From a virus, in the IMG/VR virus record IMGVR_UViG_3300022602_000003, positions 24,093 to 88,092 of that record: DNA of 64,000 bases; one strand, 5' to 3'. This document shows, one piece after another, positions 9,748 to 19,476 of the stretch (positions within the stretch are counted from its first letter, which is position 1; every line of letters begins with the position of its first letter). The position numbers and the translations under genes are program-made. The notes below the pieces were generated by a model. The model saw only the letters and a program-made list of their open reading frames with translations, searched no databases and was not told where the DNA came from.

Positions 9748-12700
9748 TACAGAATCTCCAGCGTAACCTCATTGTCGGTAATGTCAGTGACGAGCAGTTC
9801 TTGTCCTGGCAAAATTCGACCGGAAGGAAGATACTTAACAACTGCGACAACTTCAGCATCTGGTCGAGATGATGAGAAGCTAATTGCTGCGTCGTCAAAG
9901 ATTATGTCGCCAACACTTAGAATTGAAAGCACTTCAGGGTCAAGTGCTTTGTAGACGGTGGCAATTAAATCTTCGTTGTTCTTTTTTGCAAGTGACTTCT
10001 TCAATGAGTCATCTTGCATCATTGAAGTCCAAGGACCAAAGTCACCAACACCTGAGCCGATGTACGCAGTAGTTGTCTTAATGCCGAGTTGTCGAAGAGC
10101 AGTTACTCGGTGGTTTCCATCCGCAACTTCATATCCGTTAGAAGTTTTAACAACAACAATTGGATGTAATGAAGAACCCTTTTGAACGTCTTGCTTAATT
10201 TCTGCAACATGCGATTGACTAATGTCTGCTTGTGGTCGCATAAGAATCAAGTCATCTACCGACATGTCTGGGTCAAATGTCCAAGTCGCATTCTTTGCCC
10301 ACTTAACGGCAGACTTCTTATAGTGTTGCTTTAAGTAGTGAACAACAATATCGCCAATACTTTCAGACTCTGCTTTAGTCAATGCAACGTCTGCCGAAGC
10401 AAAGTACGAATCACGAGTGTATGGAGTTCCATACAACGCATCATTTGCTTGCATACGAGCAGCAGCATCTGGACTATCTAACGCTACACTTGCAATGTCA
10501 GCAGCGCGAGCGTCAGCAGCGGCTTGGTCAAGCGATACTTCTTCGTCCAAGCGTTGCTGGTAGAAGTCATTGGACATATCGCTAAAGGGATTGTCTTCAG
10601 TGGTGCTGCTTCCATCGCCTTGTACATATTCTAGAGTGCACTGGCAATTTGCTGCGCCTTCACAATACTCTCCAAAACCACCGTCACCAGGCCAACAAGG
10701 AAGTGTATCAATTGTGTACTCTTCACCATCTCGGTCAGCGCACAAATCACATGGGTCTGCTGAATTCGTGTGCCAGATGATTGTGTCGTTTCCAGTAGCA
10801 GTATCTGGCAAGTCACTTTCATCTGAAAGCATTACGCCATCTCCATCTGTCTGGTCTGCTCCAATCAAACTTCCAATTGCGATTCCAGCGCCTACCAAGC
10901 CAGCAAGAGCATCAAGAGCAGACATGCCATTGTCTGTACCGTCAGTAATGTCAGTGCCATCACCAGAGTACATATCGTCTAATGCTGTGTAGTCATCAAT
11001 TGAATCGCTTGTGTCATCAATTGGATAATTAGCGTCAGTCTGTGAAGTCGAGTCAGTTGGCGCGCCGCCAGCAAGAACTGCAAGACCGTAGCCTTGTTCA
11101 TAAACTGGAGTTAATGAACGAGAGTACAAGTTTAGTCGCGCGTTAATCTTTGGCTGCGAGATTCCACTCTTAATGTCTTGTGCAAAGCCAGTTAGATATC
11201 CTCGCTGCTGCTCGGCTCGAGCAATTGCAAGATTTAAGAAGTCGTGATTTGTAACTGGAGATACACTTGGGAAATCAGACGCCGCATCTCTTGCTGCTGC
11301 ATTGTATGTTGCGTGATAACCTTGCTGAAGAACTCGAGTTCCTTGGTCGATAAAGCCAATCATTCCAACATGAGGATTGTCGATGTTGGCGGCTAGAGTA
11401 CCAAGTGTATTTGCAACGTGAGAAGAAATGTGCGCAACTGTGTCGCGACGTTGCTGGACTCGCTGCTCGGCCTTGAATGCTTTTTTACCAATAGTGACTG
11501 CGGCTGAGGCGTCTTTCTTTTGCTCAAAAGTTTTTTGTACTTTTTCAAGTACGTTCTTTGAAATAAACTTAGTTTCCCACTTATCAATTTGACGACCCTT
11601 CTTCAGAGCTCGGCGAATTGAATCAAGTTCTCCAAATGCTGCGATTTCCAAAGCCTTGGTCTGCTTCTTCTTTCCACTTCCGTGAAGAGGAGTGCTTGAA
11701 CCTGAAGCAGGAGCAACAATTGCAGGAGCTCCTCCGCCTCCACCTTGTGGACGACCACCGATGCCAGGAGTTCCAGCAGCATTTGCAGGTTGAACCACCG
11801 TAGGAGTCTGGTCTTGGCCTTCAGGAAGTTGGCTTGGCAACTGCACTTGTTGAGGAGTTGTCGGCTGAGACGCTGCTTGTTCTGGAGAAATAAGCGGGTA
11901 TCCCAAGTCAGCATCAGCAATTCCAGGAGCGATTACTCCAAGCGTCGAAACTCCAGTTGCGCTCATGTAGACTGGGTCACTTGTAAGTGGAAGACCCCAA
12001 GGGTTCATACCAAGTTGTACACGAGCTTCGTCAATTGACATGATACCAGCACCGATAAGAGTCTTAAAGTTGTTGGCCATAGTTTCTTCATCGCCAGAAT
12101 CTTCCATGCCAATCCAAGTGAATTGCATGTCATCTTGTCCACCGATGTCTTGCAAGATGTGGTCGAAAATAGCAGTCTTCAACCACTGCAACATTGGCTT
12201 TAATGCTTTGCGCTTGTTAATGTCAGCACTTGCTTTTGCCATTTGACTTGCGGCGCCAGATGATTGAGAAGAAGATGAGCCACCGCTAAGACCAAGTTCC
12301 ATTGGCATAACGTCATATGCCATGCAAATCATTTGAGTAATTGTCTCATCAATTTGACCAGCGATTTCAATTGGCTTTTGTGGCTTAGTGTCAGAGCCTC
12401 GAGGAAGAACGATAATCTTGTGCTTCCAAGCTTGGTCTCCAGCAATTGCGTTCAAAGTATCTTGAAGTTGGCGAATCTGCTGAGGAGTACTAATGTCGTC
12501 GCCTGGAATAACGAATTGACCAGGAATTGTTCCTTCATTAAAGAAGTCAAGTTGGAATTGCTGGCGACGAAGACCAGTCATAACTGGAATGATTGCACGT
12601 TCAATTCCTGGAAAACCATATGGAGTCCAAGAACGACGAGTGTACGGTAAGTACAAAAGTTGGTCGGCGCGATACTCACCGACAGGTTCTCCCATTTCTT

Positions 12701-13538
12701 CAATGTCTGACTCAAGGATAATGTCCATTAAGTCTACACGAGGAATTCCCCATAGGTACTGTTGATATGCCACTTCAGGGGGTCTAGGAGTCCCACCACG
12801 AACGTCGAGCATCGGTCGAATAGTTGTACCGTCAAGGACCTCAATTGAAGCCAAGTCAGAGCCGAAAAGACCCTTACCAGGAATTCGAGAAGGGTGCAAA
12901 TACAATGCTAATGCGTCAACAACAAATACATCTTCTAGAACAGCAGAAAGCCAGCCAGAAAAGTCGTGGTAGTTCGGGTCTGGACGCTTAAAGAATTTTA
13001 GAGCTTCAGCACGGCGCTCTTGAAAGTCGTCGTGAGCATCTTGGTCTCCACGCATATTGCGTGCGCCTTCATCAGTTGGAACAATGTCCCAGTCAAGACC
13101 AAGAATTTCTTCTTTACGAACTTGAATACATGCACGAACAACTGAATACATATCGGCATACGCACGAAGGTTGGCAAAGGAAACAAGTTTAAGGCCCTCA
13201 GAGCCCGGCTGGCCCATTGGCATGTTCCACGCAATGGGATACTGCATTCGACGCGGTTCTGGTCTTCCAGACTCAGTTTGCGGCGCGTCAATACCCATTG
13301 GTTGAATTGGCGCCAACGGTCCAAATGCACCAGAAAGGAATGTCTCCCAATCGCGAGGAAGTCCATTACCATATGAAATTCCAAAGTTCCACTCATTGTA
13401 CTGAGACATAACTCCGCCAGCAGCGTAGTTACTTGGAAGAGGACCAGTTGTTCCGCCACTCATTCCTTGCTGGGCGGGTCCAGACCTTCTTGAATTAGCT
13501 CGGGCTTTAAGCCCCTTAATTACTGAGTCTTCGCTCAA
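9747..13538 (-). CDS. Portal protein fused to a Pro/Gly linker, a MuF-like Cys-rich head-morphogenesis domain, a ParB-like domain and a degenerate ART-like tail
   Basis: Portal-type motifs (LRAYADMYSVVRACI, PYGFPGIE, MSIDEARVQLGMNP), three genes downstream of TerL. MuF-like WHT..DPCDLC..DG...CEGAANCQC. ParB-like PIVV...VADGNHRV. Confidence 0.85.
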   Translation of the reverse strand: MSEDSVIKGLKARANSRRSGPAQQGMSGGTTGPLPSNYAAGGVMSQYNEWNFGISYGNGLPRDWETFLSGAFGPLAPIQPMGIDAPQTESGRPEPRRMQYPIAWNMPMGQPGSEGLKLVSFANLRAYADMYSVVRACIQVRKEEILGLDWDIVPTDEGARNMRGDQDAHDDFQERRAEALKFFKRPDPNYHDFSGWLSAVLEDVFVVDALALYLHPSRIPGKGLFGSDLASIEVLDGTTIRPMLDVRGGTPRPPEVAYQQYLWGIPRVDLMDIILESDIEEMGEPVGEYRADQLLYLPYTRRSWTPYGFPGIERAIIPVMTGLRRQQFQLDFFNEGTIPGQFVIPGDDISTPQQIRQLQDTLNAIAGDQAWKHKIIVLPRGSDTKPQKPIEIAGQIDETITQMICMAYDVMPMELGLSGGSSSSQSSGAASQMAKASADINKRKALKPMLQWLKTAIFDHILQDIGGQDDMQFTWIGMEDSGDEETMANNFKTLIGAGIMSIDEARVQLGMNPWGLPLTSDPVYMSATGVSTLGVIAPGIADADLGYPLISPEQAASQPTTPQQVQLPSQLPEGQDQTPTVVQPANAAGTPGIGGRPQGGGGGAPAIVAPASGSSTPLHGSGKKKQTKALEIAAFGELDSIRRALKKGRQIDKWETKFISKNVLEKVQKTFEQKKDASAAVTIGKKAFKAEQRVQQRRDTVAHISSHVANTLGTLAANIDNPHVGMIGFIDQGTRVLQQGYHATYNAAARDAASDFPSVSPVTNHDFLNLAIARAEQQRGYLTGFAQDIKSGISQPKINARLNLYSRSLTPVYEQGYGLAVLAGGAPTDSTSQTDANYPIDDTSDSIDDYTALDDMYSGDGTDITDGTDNGMSALDALAGLVGAGIAIGSLIGADQTDGDGVMLSDESDLPDTATGNDTIIWHTNSADPCDLCADRDGEEYTIDTLPCWPGDGGFGEYCEGAANCQCTLEYVQGDGSSTTEDNPFSDMSNDFYQQRLDEEVSLDQAAADARAADIASVALDSPDAAARMQANDALYGTPYTRDSYFASADVALTKAESESIGDIVVHYLKQHYKKSAVKWAKNATWTFDPDMSVDDLILMRPQADISQSHVAEIKQDVQKGSSLHPIVVVKTSNGYEVADGNHRVTALRQLGIKTTTAYIGSGVGDFGPWTSMMQDDSLKKSLAKKNNEDLIATVYKALDPEVLSILSVGDIIFDDAAISFSSSRPDAEVVAVVKYLPSGRILPGQELLVTDITDNEVTLEIL

Positions 13539-13548
13539 AAAGACTCAA

Positions 13549-13845
13549 CTATTCAGGCTTAGCGGTGGAAGCGTTCTTCTTTGCTTTTGGCGCAGGAGTT
13601 TCTTCGACTGGAGTTTCAGTTGGTACTAAAGAAACTAAAAGCTCATCGGCAATAGAAGCAGGCGCTTCAACAGCGACTGGAGTCGTCTCTACAACTGGAG
13701 TTGGCTTGTGCGTATCTCCAAGGTCTGCCTTTATTAGTTCAAGAAGTTGGCGTGTCTTCGGTAAAACCTGATAGAGAGGCGCATCATTCTCCATGTGCGC
13801 AATCAACTCCTCAACTTTTTGTTTTACTTCGTGCAAACTAATCAT
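13549..13845 (-). CDS. Hypothetical protein with Pro/Thr/Lys-rich tail
   Basis: ORF tightly packed between the terminase and portal genes. Confidence 0.6.
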   Translation of the reverse strand: MISLHEVKQKVEELIAHMENDAPLYQVLPKTRQLLELIKADLGDTHKPTPVVETTPVAVEAPASIADELLVSLVPTETPVEETPAPKAKKNASTAKPE

Positions 13846-14101
13846 TTGTTGTTCCTCGTTCTACGATTGACTCCGGCCAAAGGACGTTTGTTTTGTCCCA
13901 TTCACCGTCTGGCCAAAATTCTATCTCACTTAGAGTCCCTGATGTGTGAAACACCATTCTCTTGATTCGAGGGCATGCACGAACGTGAGCGCCTCCGCAG
14001 TGCGAACACTGTTGAGCTTGGAATTCTTCCCATGACAAAGACGATTCTATATCACTTTTTTTATTATTTTTTATTGTCTTAAGTCGAACAAGTTTACTCA
14101 T
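13838..14101 (-). CDS. Small Zn-binding protein (CxxC..H..C)
   Basis: CSHCGGAHVRACPR; starts 3 nt after the TerL stop. Confidence 0.65.
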   Translation of the reverse strand: MSKLVRLKTIKNNKKSDIESSLSWEEFQAQQCSHCGGAHVRACPRIKRMVFHTSGTLSEIEFWPDGEWDKTNVLWPESIVERGTTND

Positions 14102-14103
14102 AA

Positions 14104-15606
14104 CTAATCAATCCTTTTCGAGCAATGCGGGCAAGCAGTTCTGCCCTCTTCTAAGAAGCCCTTACCGCAACCGAGACAAGTAATAATTCCATATGCTGCA
14201 TTCCAGTCCATGTGAGCTGGAGCACCAAAAGAAAGAACAACGGCGTCTGCTAAGTCAGGCGACGTCATTCCTCGCTTACGCATATCTTCTTTACTTTCAA
14301 TAATGATTCTGCCTCGACTGTCAATCTTGAACTGGAGACTTGCAAGTTCTGAAACTAAGTCTTCATCGTTTTCGTCGATGTCAAGTTCTCCGCGTTCTAG
14401 AGTTTCTCGAAGATTCCAGTACCATTCTGCTCGACTGTTTGCAAATGTGACATAGTCACGCGGTCGAGAAGAAGCAATCATCGCAAAGACAGGTTCGCCC
14501 TCTTCGGCAAGCCTGTCATACACTCCACCTCCAACACCCACCGTGTCAATTGCTGCTAGTTCAACATTGTGCTGTTTGATATATCGTTTGACATATCCAG
14601 CAGTTTCCATTGTGTCATTTCCAGTAACACAGTGGATGATTCTGACTTTTCCACCTCGTCGAAGAGCCATTACAGTTCTGTCGCTACCAAATCGAGCAAC
14701 GTCAACTCCCAGACGTGGATGGTCTTCTTCTGGAGTAACTTCAATATCTCGACGTTGCGCTTCAAAAAGAAGTGGAAGAGGCAAAAGCGCCGTCGCACTT
14801 TGCTGTGGGAACAAGCCTAAAACTTTTGACTGCCAGAACGGGTGGTCTTCTCCCCACTTCTTTTTCTTTTCTTCTACCCAGGTCGGTGAGATAAGCAAGT
14901 CACGAACTGCTTCTGGAACTTCTTCACCTGTAAAGTTAGGCGAGTCAAAAGCACTGATACGAATTTTGTTCCAGTCAGTTCCAGGACGACAAATCTTTGC
15001 AAATTCACTTGTTGGGTCGTCTGGGTTACCAATTGCAAGAATGCGAGATGATTCGTTTGGAATCAAGGTGTCGGCTGCGTCCCAAAGAGATTCAGGAACT
15101 CCACACGCCTCGTCAAGTACTACAAGTACATATCGTGCGTGGATACCCTGGAATGCGGTAGGAGAGTAGTCACTTGGCTTTCGACCAAAGCCTACAAGTT
15201 CTTTTCCAATCTTCCACTCAGTCTCATTTGTGTATCCAGGAAGATTTCCCTTTGCGTGCGCCTTACCGATTTCACGCCAAAGAATTGCTCGTACCTGTTG
15301 GAATGTCGGTGCTGAAGTAACCACGAATGCTTCACCTGGAGGGTGAGCGCTAATCCACCAGCAAATCAAACGAGAAGCGATGTAAGACTTACCAACGTCG
15401 TGGCAACTTTGAACAGCAGTGCGTCGATTGTCACGAACAGACATTGCGATTTCTCTTTGCTTGCTCCACGGTGTTTCGTCAAGAACTTCACGAATCCAGA
15501 CGACTGGGTCCGAAGCGATTTCTCGCTGCTTCTTTTCATACTCAATTCTTGATGCTGCAATGTCAAAAGCTGAAGCGCGTTGTTTTTGTGGTGCGCTATT
15601 TTCCAA
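14104..15606 (-). CDS. terL: Terminase large subunit
   Basis: Walker A variant SCHDVGKS, Walker B VVLDEA, IGNP, RNase H-like nuclease LGVDVARFGSD...SPDLADA, and a C-terminal CxxC..CxxC. Confidence 0.93.
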   Translation of the reverse strand: MENSAPQKQRASAFDIAASRIEYEKKQREIASDPVVWIREVLDETPWSKQREIAMSVRDNRRTAVQSCHDVGKSYIASRLICWWISAHPPGEAFVVTSAPTFQQVRAILWREIGKAHAKGNLPGYTNETEWKIGKELVGFGRKPSDYSPTAFQGIHARYVLVVLDEACGVPESLWDAADTLIPNESSRILAIGNPDDPTSEFAKICRPGTDWNKIRISAFDSPNFTGEEVPEAVRDLLISPTWVEEKKKKWGEDHPFWQSKVLGLFPQQSATALLPLPLLFEAQRRDIEVTPEEDHPRLGVDVARFGSDRTVMALRRGGKVRIIHCVTGNDTMETAGYVKRYIKQHNVELAAIDTVGVGGGVYDRLAEEGEPVFAMIASSRPRDYVTFANSRAEWYWNLRETLERGELDIDENDEDLVSELASLQFKIDSRGRIIIESKEDMRKRGMTSPDLADAVVLSFGAPAHMDWNAAYGIITCLGCGKGFLEEGRTACPHCSKRID

Positions 15607-16162
15607 GTGCTCGAAGCTCCTTAATTGCTGTTTCTTCTGCCTTGACTCTTTGCTCTTCTGAAAGCTCGGCAGAAAGAAGAGTTCTACGAATTACGTCTAG
15701 AATCATCGCTGCTTTTGCTTCTTCAATTCGTGTAAGTCGCTCATCAATGTTTAGTCTCGACCATTCAATAAGTAATTTACCTGCTCGGTCAAGGCTTCGT
15801 TCGTACAAAGCGACTTCTGCTCGAAGTTGCTCACCAGAGCGACCTTCATAACGGTACTCGCCTCTAAGCTTAGCAACTTGTTCAGCGCAGAAATCTTTGT
15901 AGAGAAGTACTTCACTTACGAGGTAAGCAAGTTCTTCAAGAGGGTTCTCGACCTTTGCTCCAGAGATTTCATGAAACGCGAGGTCTTTACCGTGGACAAG
16001 CGCAATGTCAGCGACAGACGCATTTTGCAAATGAGTATAGCAAAATGGATATCCAGGAACTACTCGTGTTTTGCATCGACGCCCTGTAGCAGATTGCTTA
16101 GCACAAATTAAATCAACTACATCAGTTTCGACAGGTTCTGTGTTATCACGTTCTTCTGTCAT
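15596..16162 (-). CDS. Probable terminase small subunit
   Basis: Overlaps the TerL start. N-terminal C..GRRC..CYTH Zn-knuckle followed by a helical region. Confidence 0.65.
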   Translation of the reverse strand: MTEERDNTEPVETDVVDLICAKQSATGRRCKTRVVPGYPFCYTHLQNASVADIALVHGKDLAFHEISGAKVENPLEELAYLVSEVLLYKDFCAEQVAKLRGEYRYEGRSGEQLRAEVALYERSLDRAGKLLIEWSRLNIDERLTRIEEAKAAMILDVIRRTLLSAELSEEQRVKAEETAIKELRALGK

Positions 16163-16184
16163 AAAATGATTCTAATATCAAATC

Positions 16185-16430
16185 TTAGTTGTCTTCATCC
16201 GGGACAATGTGTACTTCGACTTTTGCTTTTAGAGCGCGCGCAATTTTTTCAAGATTTCTCCAGGTAGGCACGTGCGTACCCTTTTCAATTCGACTAATCA
16301 AAGGTTGTCGAGCTCCAATAGTTCGAGCAACCTCAGATTGCGAGAGCTCACGGTCAATTCGAAGAGTCTTAATCTCTTGTCCGATATTCTTTACTGCTTC
16401 TTGTAATTCGTCAGAGTCCCTTGTTGTCAT
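16185..16430 (-). CDS. XRE-family HTH transcriptional regulator
   Basis: LSQSEVARTIGARQPLISRIEKGTHVPT. Confidence 0.9.
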   Translation of the reverse strand: MTTRDSDELQEAVKNIGQEIKTLRIDRELSQSEVARTIGARQPLISRIEKGTHVPTWRNLEKIARALKAKVEVHIVPDEDN

Positions 16431-16520
16431 AGGCCTTCACTTTCAGGATAATAGTTTCTATCATAACAAATATTTGCGCGTCTTAGAAGGCGTTCTAGAT
16501 ACCTCATTGAGCTTATAGAA

Positions 16521-16919
16521 TTAGCTCTTAACCAATTCATTAAGCTTACTGGCGACTAACCGCGTGAAGAACACGGTTTCACCAGATGAGTTGCGGGCAA
16601 CAATTGGGTACTTGTTTCGAGAAAGAGCGAGTCCAATGAATGTGAACTTCTCTCCATTGACTTCAAACTCAGTCCCAAGCAATCCACCGTTTAAGTCATA
16701 TGCCTTGTGAAATTGAGTGTACGCCATTGCTTCCTGACTTGAAAGATTAACTCCGTTTTCGTCAAGATTCTCCATCGAGGCTTCGAGCTTAATTGAATAA
16801 CTAATCCCATATCTGGCAGACGCCTTTGGCGTCTCTAGACCGTGTGACTTAAAGATTGCTTCAACCGCTGCTTTAATCTCTTCAGTGATTTCTTTTGCTT
16901 GTTGCTTTGTGACTTCCAT
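16521..16919 (-). CDS. Hypothetical early protein
   Basis: ORF with an AGGAGG ribosome-binding site. Confidence 0.65.
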   Translation of the reverse strand: MEVTKQQAKEITEEIKAAVEAIFKSHGLETPKASARYGISYSIKLEASMENLDENGVNLSSQEAMAYTQFHKAYDLNGGLLGTEFEVNGEKFTFIGLALSRNKYPIVARNSSGETVFFTRLVASKLNELVKS

Positions 16920-16967
16920 CGTTGCCCTCCTAGGCTGTACATTTCTTTTAGCGTTTTTGTGGGTTTA

Positions 16968-17321
16968 CTAGACTACTGGATGCCCGAGCTTCTGCATCAA
17001 GATGAAATCTTCATATGAGTACATCTTGCCGTTGAACACAATCGTTTGCTCAGAGTGATTCAAGTAAATGACAGTATCTGCATCTCCAGCCTCTGAAACT
17101 CCAATGCCGTATCCAGTCTCTTCATCAACGTTGCCCTTAAGCATCTCACAGAAGATAATGCGGTTAAGGTAAGGTTCGTCATCCCAGCGATTGCGTCCTG
17201 GACGTGAGTCAAGTGCCTTCGCAAGAATGCTTGGCAAATCACTTCCAGTCCAGTGTGTGTACAAGACAATTTGCTTGTGGTCTCGCTTAGACCTCAATAC
17301 AATGTTTCCACGGTCTCCCAT
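16968..17321 (-). CDS. Hypothetical protein (MGDRGNI...LYTHWxG type)
   Basis: ORF with an AAGGAG ribosome-binding site; motif style typical of phage early proteins. Confidence 0.65.
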   Translation of the reverse strand: MGDRGNIVLRSKRDHKQIVLYTHWTGSDLPSILAKALDSRPGRNRWDDEPYLNRIIFCEMLKGNVDEETGYGIGVSEAGDADTVIYLNHSEQTIVFNGKMYSYEDFILMQKLGHPVV

Positions 17322-17516
17322 GATTTTCTCCTTTGTTTATTTGAAACCTTTTGACATTACTTCATTACACATTCTTTTGACTTGGCTACCGGTGACTTGG
17401 TCCCACTGAAAACTAAACTCATTTTCAATTGCCAAGCGCAACCGGTCTGCTTCTGCAAACGAGCAGTTCATCACTGCCGCGATGCCTTTTGTCCAAACTT
17501 CCATACTTTTCCTTTC

Positions 17517-17723
17517 CTAAGAGAGCAAGTCTTGCTCGAGCACTACATCAAACCACTTATTTACAACTTGAATCAAGTTGTTGTAATCGCTCTTCGTTGC
17601 TTCTTCAAAGAACTCCTTGACATCTCCTTCAAGGTTGTTCCTCTTTAGCACGTTTTGGCATCGACCAAGAATTGCGTATGCATTCCCGTCGCCAAGAAGA
17701 ACCGTTAGTCCCGTCTTACTCAT
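17517..17723 (-). CDS. Small hypothetical protein (DGNAYAILG type)
   Basis: ORF in a tightly coupled operon. Confidence 0.65.
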   Translation of the reverse strand: MSKTGLTVLLGDGNAYAILGRCQNVLKRNNLEGDVKEFFEEATKSDYNNLIQVVNKWFDVVLEQDLLS

Positions 17724-17726
17724 TCA

Positions 17727-18047
17727 TCACACCCCCTCCCCAATCGCTACGAGGATTGCCGCATCGTTGTACGCATCCCATTCAATTCCATCAGGCATGT
17801 AGAACGGCTTGCGTGGCTCGGGAGCTGGCAGGCCAGCGTCCTTAAAGAGCCAGTGCATTTCTTCGTTCCAGTCTCCGTAAAGCATCTGTGGCCATTCGCT
17901 TGGGCCGTCTTCCCAGATGATGACTCGCGCATCTTCGCGCATGTCGTACTTCTTGATGATTGGCTGGGCCTTACCGACCTCCAGGCCTTCAAAGTACTTC
18001 ACGAGCTTTTTCGCGATGACTTCGGCTTGCTTCTCAATGTTCGGCAT
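17727..18047 (-). CDS. Hypothetical protein
   Basis: Likely start MPNIEK at 18047 via a TAATG overlap with the upstream mini-ORF. Confidence 0.6.
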   Translation of the reverse strand: MPNIEKQAEVIAKKLVKYFEGLEVGKAQPIIKKYDMREDARVIIWEDGPSEWPQMLYGDWNEEMHWLFKDAGLPAPEPRKPFYMPDGIEWDAYNDAAILVAIGEGV

Positions 18048-18208
18048 TACTTCTTCCCCTTTGCTATGTTTTGTTGATTCTTGCGGATGCACTTTCCGCA
18101 GATTTTGACTCTGGTAAATGCTACCAGCAAATCATTTTCGTTACCGCACTGAACGCACTTGGCGTCTAAGGCGACTGCTCCGGCTTCCCGGGCGCCCATC
18201 TCTTCCAT
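18047..18208 (-). CDS. 53-aa Zn-finger mini-protein (CVQC...CGKC), not in the ORF track
   Basis: MEEMGAREAGAVALDAKCVQCGNENDLLVAFTRVKICGKCIRKNQQNIAKGKK; GAGAGG ribosome-binding site; first gene after promoter copy 1. Confidence 0.7.
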   Translation of the reverse strand: MEEMGAREAGAVALDAKCVQCGNENDLLVAFTRVKICGKCIRKNQQNIAKGKK

Positions 18209-18250
18209 GCTGCCTCTCTTTCTGGAGGGCCAACTGCAACCTCCACTATA

Positions 18251-18280
18251 ACTATATCACACATGTGCACACTTGTACAA
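18251..18280 (-). promoter_or_regulatory. Repeated early promoter, copy 1
   Basis: Minus strand TTGTAC-N18-TATAGT; plus strand actatatcacacatgtgcacacttgtacaa. Confidence 0.75.
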
Positions 18281-18307
18281 TCTATTTTTCAAGAATTTTT
18301 AGGGGGT

Positions 18308-18359
18308 CCGGGGGAGTCGCAGGGTGAAAGGAGGGAAACTCCCTGCGCACTCCCGCCGG
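18308..18359. other. GC-rich hairpin with an SD / anti-SD loop
   Basis: ccggGGGAGT-CGCAGGG...CCCTGCG-c-ACTCCC-g-ccgg, with loop tgaaaggagggaaact. Confidence 0.55.
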
Positions 18360-18533
18360 AAGGGGTACCGTCAAAAAGTAAAGTGTGTGCGAACTTTACT
18401 TAGTGTAAGGAGCGACAAGGACCCCATTCAAGATTTTTCATCGAAAAATCTTCAATGCGATTCTCGGCATCGCCTTATGGTAGTTATTTTATTTAGTGCC
18501 TCAAGTAGAAAAATCAACTAATGCGATGCGGTG

Positions 18534-18583
18534 GACTTTTCACTTTGACGCTGGCGAATTCCAGCGCCAAAGCGAAAAAAGTC
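18534..18583 (-). terminator. Long hairpin just after the stop of the holin-like gene
   Basis: Minus-strand RNA UUUUCGCUUUGGCGCUGG-AAUUCG-CCAGCGUCAAAGUGAAAA pairs fully using G-U pairs. Confidence 0.65.
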
Positions 18584-18587
18584 AAGA

Positions 18588-18962
18588 CTACTTCTTAGGA
18601 GTAGTAGCCTTCTTTGCCGTGGTCTTTGCGGCAGTACCAGTCTTAGTAGGCTTAGCCAACTTAGTGACCTCTTTCGCAGCAGCAGCCTCGACCGCAGGCG
18701 CAACTTGCTTTACAGCTCCAGCGATGGTTCCATTCAAGTCATACTGCGGAGTCGCAGGGATGCCGAGAAGTCGACCAAGCTTAGGGTACTTCTGCTCGAG
18801 TCCGTGCACTAGCAAGTAGTACGCAGCCGAGATGATAGGAGCAAGAACAAGAGTAACGCTTGCGCTAGTCGTGTGAACTCCTGCTTTGATGAGCAAAGCA
18901 ACAACGTAACCAACAACAATTGGAGTCACAGTTCTTACAGTGCTCGTAGAAAAGTTAGACAT
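18588..18962 (-). CDS. Holin-like membrane protein with Lys/Ala-rich tail
   Basis: Two hydrophobic segments, RTVTPIVVG, LEQKYPKLGRLLG. Confidence 0.6.
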   Translation of the reverse strand: MSNFSTSTVRTVTPIVVGYVVALLIKAGVHTTSASVTLVLAPIISAAYYLLVHGLEQKYPKLGRLLGIPATPQYDLNGTIAGAVKQVAPAVEAAAAKEVTKLAKPTKTGTAAKTTAKKATTPKK

Positions 18963-19470
18963 TTGTCTTCTTTCTACTCATGCTAGACCCGAGTTGGTCT
19001 AGACTTTTCCATTCCAATGATTCACTTAATGTTTGTGATTCACTGATAGGCTCTGGCCAGAAGTACTCGAGGTCATCTGGCACATCGATAAAGAACTTGC
19101 TGTAGTGCTCGGGCAACTTACGAATCAAATTGCTTTGGTGTGAGCGGTGAAACTGCTCGTTGCCGAGCCATGCTGGCTTGATTACGCGAACTTCGCCTTT
19201 GTAATTGTCTAGCAAAGCAAATGACTTTTCAAGGCACGTGTCTTTGTAGCCGCGACCAGTCCACTCGCTGCAAATTGCAACTTGGTAGTCAAGCAAAGTG
19301 ACAAGGTGGCCTCGCCACATTTTGACTGCTGGGTGACTTTGCCAGCCGTAGTCTGGAGTTGTCAGAGCTTTTAAGACTTGAAGAGTCTCAACTCGTTGTT
19401 TGCCAAGTCGTTTCATATCAAGCACTTTAGCAGATGCTTGAAAATCTTCGTATGGTAAAAATGTTTGCAC
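18955..19470 (-). CDS. Pyrimidine-dimer DNA glycosylase / endonuclease V-like (MSMEG_6728 family)
   Basis: MQTFLPY.DF..SA..LD.KRLGKQRVE...HPAVKMW...HRSHQSNL. Confidence 0.88.
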   Translation of the reverse strand: MQTFLPYEDFQASAKVLDMKRLGKQRVETLQVLKALTTPDYGWQSHPAVKMWRGHLVTLLDYQVAICSEWTGRGYKDTCLEKSFALLDNYKGEVRVIKPAWLGNEQFHRSHQSNLIRKLPEHYSKFFIDVPDDLEYFWPEPISESQTLSESLEWKSLDQLGSSMSRKKTNV

Positions 19471-19476
19471 GTTGTC

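Noticed and set aside
14543-15169. Long antisense ORFs (14543-15169, 22083-22673, 44755-45429)
   Set aside because: They lie opposite well-supported genes and have no recognisable motifs.
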